Assembly (NCBI GenBank): GCA_951406725.2
Contig: OX597816.1
Location: forward strand, 26,226,001-26,290,000
Reading direction: 5' to 3'
From: Octopus vulgaris
Taxonomy: Eukaryota
Length of the DNA stretch: 64,000 nucleotides
Shown piece by piece: positions 56,576 to 64,000 of the stretch. A model generated the notes under the pieces. That model ran no database searches. It was given only the letters and a program-made list of their open reading frames with translations, and was not told the origin of the DNA. A program made the position numbers and the translations under genes. How positions within the stretch are numbered: position 1 is the first letter of the stretch; the number at the start of each line of letters is the position of its first letter.

Positions 56576-56581
<6 letters not shown>
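56185..56581. repeat. Near-perfect ~400-bp palindrome (centre 56383) with an HHR in each arm, ending at (TA)n
   Basis: Arms are reverse complements with about two mismatches. Centre gcccatagcgat-t-atcgctatgggc. Confidence 0.95.
56456..56538 (+). ncRNA. Type I hammerhead ribozyme, canonical core (mirror copy on the minus strand ~56228-56310)
   Basis: ttttc-CTGATGA-gaaggcggcata..tatgcagccttc-GAAAC-atat-GTA-gagaa; palindromic stem III acatatgt. Confidence 0.8.
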
Positions 56582-56653
<72 letters not shown>

Positions 56654-56655
<2 letters not shown>

Positions 56656-56820
56656 CGCAAGAGTGGCTGGGTGGTAAGTAACTTGCTTAACAACTACATG
56701 GTACCGGGTTCAGTCCCACTGCGTGGCACCTTAGGCAAGTGTCTTCTACTGTAGCCTCGGGCCGACTAAATCCTTGTGAGTGGATTTGATAGACGGAAAC
56801 TGAAAGAAGCCCGTCGTCTG
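56654..56820 (+). mobile_element. 5' half of a family D SINE
   Basis: Head and core up to the microsatellite. Confidence 0.8.
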
Positions 56821-56825
56821 TGTGC

Positions 56826-56865
<40 letters not shown>

Positions 56866-57125
56866 TAATAAATAAAATATATGCATACATACATACATAT
56901 ATGTACGTACCTACATCTACATGTATATATACATGCATATATAAATATATATACGTGAGTACAGGACACCACAAATAGACGCAGAACTCAACGAGAACGA
57001 AAACGTAAAAACAAGCGTGGAACGAACCTTTTTTTTACAAAGAAAAAACAGAGTACTAGACAAACTACACAAGGAAAAATCCCCTTCATCAGCTGTCCCT
57101 AGCTCAACTCCAGCGTGTTTCGAAG

Positions 57126-57181
<56 letters not shown>

Positions 57182-57359
57182 GACGATGATGATGCCAGAC
57201 TATATACCGTTTAGCTGTGATGGTATGTCTAAATTCTTTACCATTTTGCCCGAATGCCGTTGTTTTCTGCTGTATTTATCAGTGTTATTGGTCGTTTATC
57301 TGGAGGTCTTAACTCCACTTTCTAGCAGGTAGACGCCTCGTGTCCTCTTTTGATATACA

Positions 57360-57401
<42 letters not shown>

Positions 57402-57747
57402 CTCTCTAAATTACATTCCACCCGTTCTTCCTTGGACGTCTTCTCCATTCCCCCCACTACATGGCCACCACAACCATCACGACAAAGAACAACGACACTG
57501 CAACAACTACAACCGCAACCACCAACCACACCACAACTGCCACTAGGACCACAATCACTACTTCGGTTACACCCACCACCACCACTATTACAACCATCAC
57601 CGCCAACAGTACCATCGGACTATGGATAACTAAATTACAATAGGTTTACAGTCCATTTATTTTTTGTATTATAGTGCATTGTTGTACCATTCAAAACTTT
57701 CTATTCTTTACAAACAATACACAGTGCTTCAAGCGAACTGCAATACT

Positions 57748-58690
<943 letters not shown>

Positions 58691-58719
58691 TTGTTAGCAC
58701 GCTGAACAAAAAGCTTAAC

Positions 58720-59700
58720 GACGAGCTGGCAGAAACGTTAGCACGCCGGGCGATATGCGTAGCCGTATTTTGTCTGCCGTTACGTTCTGAGTTCAAATTC
58801 CGCCGAAGTCGACTTTGCCTTTCATCCTTTCGGGGTCGATTAAATAAGTACTAGTTACGCACTGGGGTCGATGTAATCGACATAATCCGTTTATCTGTCC
58901 TTGTTTGTCCCCTCTCTGTGTTTAGCTCCTTGTGGGTAGTAAAGAAATAGGCATTTCGTCCATCGGCATGGTTTGAGTTCAAATCCTGCCGAGGTCGATT
59001 TTGCCGTTCATCCTTTCAGTACCAGTACCAGTTCAGCTCTGAAGTCGATACAACCGACTAGGTCCTTCCCAAACAAAGTTTCTGGCATTGAGCCTTTAGC
59101 AGAAAGGTTTATTCTTTGAGGCGGCGAGCTTAGCAGAAACGTTAGCACGCCGGGCGAAATGCGTAGCCGTATTTCGTCTGCCGTTACGTTCTGAGTTCAA
59201 ATCCCGCCGAGGTCCACTTTGTCTTTCATACTTTCGGGGTCGATAAATTTAGTACCAGTTACGCACTGGGGTCGATGTAATCGACTTAATACCTATGTCT
59301 GTCCTTGTTTGTCCAGTCTATGTTTAGCCCTTTGTGGGTAATAGAGAAACAGGTATTTCGTCTGCCGTTACGTTCTGAGTTCAAATTCCACCGAGGTCCA
59401 CTTTGTCTTTCATCCTTTCGGGGTCGACAAATTTAGTACCAGTTACGCACTGGGGTCGATATAATCGACTTAATCCGTTTGTCTGTCCTTGTTTGTCCCC
59501 TCTGTGTGTAAGCCCCTTGTGGGCAGTAAATAAATAGGTAATTTCATCTATCTTTACATTCTGAGTTCAAATTCCGCCGAGGTCGACTTTGTTTATTCCT
59601 CTTTCCGGGGTGGATGAAATTAGTTTAGCACTGGGATCGACATAATCGACTATTCTACGCCCCACCCCCCAAATTTCAGGCCGTGTGCCTATAAGAGACA
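58720..59700 (+). mobile_element. Two tandem family C SINEs (dimeric and trimeric cores)
   Basis: Heads at ~58720 and ~59120; core repeated five times in total. Confidence 0.85.
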
Positions 59701-60074
59701 CAATTATCACTATATATTGTTCAGGCTGTTGCAAATGCAACTGCTGTTTTTGTTCTTGTTGTTGTTGCTTTTGTTAGTGCTCGAGCACCTGCATACTTCT
59801 TTTAATTCATTTTAATATATAGATATTTAGTCATTTGTTTGCGTTTTTCTTTTTTTATTTTATATTTTTTGCGTTTTTTTTTTATTTGATTTTATATTTT
59901 TTTGCGTTTTTTTAAAATTTTATATTTTTTGCGTTTTTTTTATTTGATTTTATATTTTTGTTTGTGTTTTCTTCGTTTTTGTAGTTTAGCTGTTACGTTT
60001 CTTGCTCCTATTTACTGCTCGGTAATAACTATTATATAGCCGAGGACGGTGAGGGCGGCGACGGCGATAATGAT

Positions 60075-60374
60075 ATATGATGATGTTGATGATGATGATG
60101 ATGATGATGATAACGATGTTGGTGGTGGTGGTGGTGGTGGTGATGATGATGATGATGACGATGATGATGGTGGTGGTGGTGGTGATGGTGGTGCTGGTGC
60201 TGGTGCTGGTCGTGATGGTGCTGGTGGTGGTGATGATGATGATGATGATGATGATGACGATGTTGATGATGATGGTGGTGGTGATGATAATGGTGGTGGT
60301 GGTGTTAGTGGTTGTGTTGGTGATGATGATGGTGGCAGTGGTGGTGATGATGATGATGGTGGTGATGGTGGTGG

Positions 60375-60419
<45 letters not shown>

Positions 60420-60756
60420 CGACGATGTTGATGATGGTGGTGGTGGTGGTGGTGGTGTGGTTGTGTTTGTGATGTGATGATGATGATGGTGGCAGTGGTG
60501 GTGATGATGATGATGATGATGGTGGTGATGGTGGTGGTGATGATGATGATGATGATGATGGTAATGGTGGTGGTGGTGATGATGATGATGATGGTGGTGA
60601 TGGTGGTGGTGATGATGATGATGATGATGATGGTAATGGTGGTGGTGATGATGATGATGATGATGGTGGTGATGGTGGTGGTGATGATGATGATGATGAT
60701 GATGGTAATGGTGGTGGTGATGATGATGATGATGATGGTGGTGATGGTGGTGGTGA

Positions 60757-60790
<34 letters not shown>

Positions 60791-61025
60791 GATGATGATG
60801 ATGATGATGATGATGGTAATGGTGGTGGTGGTGATGATGATGATGATGGTGGTGATGGTGGTGGTGATGATGATGATGATGATGATGGTAATGGTGGTGG
60901 TGATGATGATGATGATGATGGTGGTGATGGTGGTGGTGATGATGATGATGATGATGATGATGATGGTAATGGTGGTGGTGGTGATGATGATGATGATCAT
61001 GATCATGATGACGACGACGACGATA
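60075..61025. repeat. (GAT)n/(GGT)n compound repeat with a ~63-bp higher-order period in 60480-60990
   Basis: The ggtaatggt landmark recurs, mostly at 63-72-bp spacing. Confidence 0.92.
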
Positions 61026-62530
61026 TGATTTTATTTTATTATTGTATTTTTTTTCCTTTCTTGTAAATGTGAAACTGAGAGGAATGGTCGTAGTGAGTTG
61101 TATAAGTATGAAAAGACTCAGCTTGGTAGCGAAAGAAACTCGCAGACTCACGCGCACACATATATATTATACATACGCATATACACACAGCACGAGACAC
61201 GTGTGTATATATTGATATACACACGTACACATAGATATCCATACGTATGTATGCCTGTATGTATGTATGTATGTATGTATGTTTATATGTATGTATGTAT
61301 GTAAGTATGTCTTGTCTATCTATCTTCCTTTCTTATAAAAAGGAATCACGTAAGTACTCTCTGTCAGCCGGTAAGGTAAGATATTATTTATCTTGTTATC
61401 ATTAGTGTTCTTTCAAACAGAAAATAATTAAAAAAACAAAAAAGATATAAAAATATAAAAATACGCGGTATTCTATCTTTATAATCTTTATAATTTCGTG
61501 CCTGCCACGCACTCTCTCTTTCTCTTTTTTACATTTCTATTTCTATCTCTCTCATACATTTTTATTATTTGTTATCATTAGTGTTCTTTCAAACAGAAAA
61601 TAATAATTAAAAAGATATAAAAATACGCGCTATTCTATCTTTATAATCTCTCCCTCTCTTTCTTACATTTCTATTTCTATCTCTCTCATACTGTTTATAC
61701 CTTATCTGTCTCCCCATCCACCAGACCCTCTATTTCCGCTCTCACTCTCCCCTCCTCCCTCTCTCTCCCTCTGCAATCGTTTCTCTTTCTGCATCTCTCT
61801 CAGATCAACTTTCTCTCACCTCACCCCTCTCTCAGTTCCTCAACTTCACTCATTCTCTCTTGTATCTATATACCGCCCTCTTTCTCTGTCTCTCTCTCTG
61901 TTACTCCCCCTCCCTCTCTCTGCCTCTTTCCTCTCCGCTCCTTCACAGGTCAAACCCCTTTTCCTCTTCCCCTTCTGTCCCCTTATTTCTTTCTCTACAC
62001 CACCCTCCCTGTCCCTTTACTACACTCTGTTGCGCCCCCTCTCTTCCTCTTCCCCCTTTTTCCTTCCTACCTTTCCTCTCCCTGTTCCCTCTAAGGCTCA
62101 CCACCCCCCTGTCTCTTTTTTCCTCTCTCTGTCTCCTTCCTCCACACCACCCTCTCTGTCCCTTTACTTCACTCCCTGGTACCTCTATCCTGCCCTCTCT
62201 CTCTCTCTCCCTCTCCATTTCATCTCTCTCTTCCTCTCCATTTTATCTCTCCGCCTTTCTTCTCCCTGCCCCCCTAGGGTCCACCCTCTTGTCTCACTTT
62301 TCCACCCTGTCCCTTTCTACTACACCTCTATCCCGCTCACTCTCCCCCTGCTGACCTGCCATTCTCTCACCTTTCTCTTTTTCCCTCTTATTTTCTCTCT
62401 TTCTCTCTTCTCTCAGGAAAATCCCCTCGTCTCTCTCTCTATCCCCCCTGGCTTTTCTCCTTTCTCTTCTCCCTCTCCATATCTCTCCTTCTCTATCTCT
62501 CTCTCTGTTCCTATATTTCACTAGAAGAAA

Positions 62531-63427
62531 ATGGCAAGAAACTGGTCTGCGAGAGAGGTGCAATTGTTCGTCCGCGCTTGGAAGATCGCTGAGGACGACT
62601 CGCCGAACGAAATTATTGCTGCGGCGCTGAAAAGCAACAATTTTTCGAGAACCACCGCCCAGATAGAGCGAAAGAAGAGAGAAGTTATCCGTTCGTACGC
62701 TCTAATCAGGCAACATGTGGACACCCTGGACATCATCCTGGGAGGTGACGGCAGCAGGGAGGGCCAAAAGGATGAGGAAAGCATCCAGAGCCAAATGGAG
62801 AAGCCTGGAACACAGGGAAACGATGACACATGTCCAGCTTCCAACACCACAACTGAAGACCAAAGAGGTGCGATGGCCGCAAGAAAGGAAAGGCACCCTG
62901 GAATTGATGGGAAGCAGGAGGTAAAGGGTGACAGAATCAAGGCTAAAGGAAGCCCTGTCCAGAGAAAGCAGAGGGACCCCAGCAAAAACTGTAAGGGCAG
63001 GGAAAGAAACACCTGCAAATTCTACCTGAGGGGGGACTGCTGGTACGGCGTTGAAGGTGCAAACTGTCGCTTTGCACATCGGAGGCCCTACCAAAACCGC
63101 ACGGACGCGAGACAGAGGTCCCTCCCTCAGGGAGAACAAAAACAAAAAGTTAAAAGAAGGGAAAAAAGCGCACTGACCACTACTGAAAGACGGTATGCAG
63201 ATGTGGTGCGCGGAAACCCAACAGGTGGCCAGCTTCACCCAGATGTGAGAAGGGCGGCAGCTGAACAGCAGTCTTTTTTGTGCATGGCACAAAAAATTGT
63301 TCAGCAGCTGACCTGGCTACAAGCACAAAGCTGGAACTACCACCACATAAGGCCACCTCCAACAGATGCAGGATGGCCACCACAGACACCAACACCAACA
63401 CACACACCACAAAAATATTTCTACTGA
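62531..63427 (+). CDS. LINE ORF1 (298 aa): Myb/SANT-like N-terminus and a CCCH zinc finger
   Basis: RNWSAREVQLFVRAW...FSRTTAQIERK resembles trihelix/Myb-SANT-like domains. CKFYLRGDCWYGVEGANCRFAH is a CCCH finger. Lies directly upstream of an APE ORF2. Confidence 0.8.
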   Translation: MARNWSAREVQLFVRAWKIAEDDSPNEIIAAALKSNNFSRTTAQIERKKREVIRSYALIRQHVDTLDIILGGDGSREGQKDEESIQSQMEKPGTQGNDDTCPASNTTTEDQRGAMAARKERHPGIDGKQEVKGDRIKAKGSPVQRKQRDPSKNCKGRERNTCKFYLRGDCWYGVEGANCRFAHRRPYQNRTDARQRSLPQGEQKQKVKRREKSALTTTERRYADVVRGNPTGGQLHPDVRRAAAEQQSFLCMAQKIVQQLTWLQAQSWNYHHIRPPPTDAGWPPQTPTPTHTPQKYFY

Positions 63428-64000
63428 ATGTAGGAGGGCTGCTGCGCGGAAACTGTAAAAAGAAAATTTCATTCCTGAGAGACCTTGTGACATGCAATCA
63501 AGCTATATGCATGGCACTCACAGAAACGCATCTTGAACCCGATATAGGTGATGCAGAAATACACATGCCGCAATATGCAGTCATACGCACAGATAGAAAA
63601 GGGAGGAGCCATGGTGGAGTTGCAATGTACATCCGAGATGACCTCACGCCCCAGGTCCTGCTGTCATATTCAAACTCAGTATGTGAAACTCAAATTGTAC
63701 ACATAAGACAACTGAATATCGTCATATGCACTACATATCGCCCACCAGACGCCCCAAAACACTCAGGCATGTTTGAAGACTGCCTAACAAAAATAGGAGA
63801 AGTCCTCACCAACCTTGAACAGCACAACAGTGTATTCTTCATGGGTGACTTTAACCTCCCCAATGTGGAATGGCCTGGGGGGCAGATGCTCCCAGGGATG
63901 ACACACCATCAGCAGGCACAGGTGGAGTCCCTGCTCCATCTCACAAATACCTCTTTCATGGAGCAAATAGTTCTGCAACCAACAAGGGCAGATAATATAC
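63373..64000 (+). CDS. LINE ORF2 5' part, apurinic/apyrimidinic-type endonuclease domain (runs off the window)
   Basis: Open from ATG 63373 to the window end: FLLNVGGL, ALTETHL, RTDR..SHGGVAMYI, YRPP, MGDFNLP, QIVLQPTR. Overlaps ORF1 by 55 nt. Confidence 0.93.
   Translation, partial: MATTDTNTNTHTTKIFLLNVGGLLRGNCKKKISFLRDLVTCNQAICMALTETHLEPDIGDAEIHMPQYAVIRTDRKGRSHGGVAMYIRDDLTPQVLLSYSNSVCETQIVHIRQLNIVICTTYRPPDAPKHSGMFEDCLTKIGEVLTNLEQHNSVFFMGDFNLPNVEWPGGQMLPGMTHHQQAQVESLLHLTNTSFMEQIVLQPTRADNI

Noticed and set aside
56151-56693. Identical peptide MELNDDLTKFLYSLHMFRR.. on both strands
   Set aside because: A consequence of the DNA palindrome; the sequence is the antisense of a ribozyme-bearing repeat.

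Overview
Gene-poor, repeat-dense, AT-rich eukaryotic DNA. The mix of tRNA-derived SINEs and dense (TA)n/(CA)n/(GATA)n microsatellites resembles octopus genomes; this is an inference, not a database result. I found no host protein-coding gene I can support, and most ORFs in the track are microsatellite translations. The dominant structure is an ~11 kb Penelope-like retroelement (PLE) locus at 38769-49856, embedded in (TA)n. It holds two divergent near-complete RT + C-terminal GIY-YIG copies forming a ~4.9 kb inverted repeat, and their lesions are complementary, so the consensus is an intact ~1308-aa ORF. Scattered across the window are many small fold-back elements beside (TA)n, several with recognisable hammerhead ribozyme (HHR) cores, including one fused behind a tRNA-like head. 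Also present: CR1/L2-like LINE fragments and the 5' end of an apparently intact LINE whose ORF1 has a Myb/SANT-like start plus a CCCH finger and a possible spliced leader. The rest are RTE, R4/Dong and CRE-like remnants, mariner and pogo derivatives, non-autonomous Helitrons, several SINE families and a 100-N gap. Coordinates of degenerate repeats are approximate.
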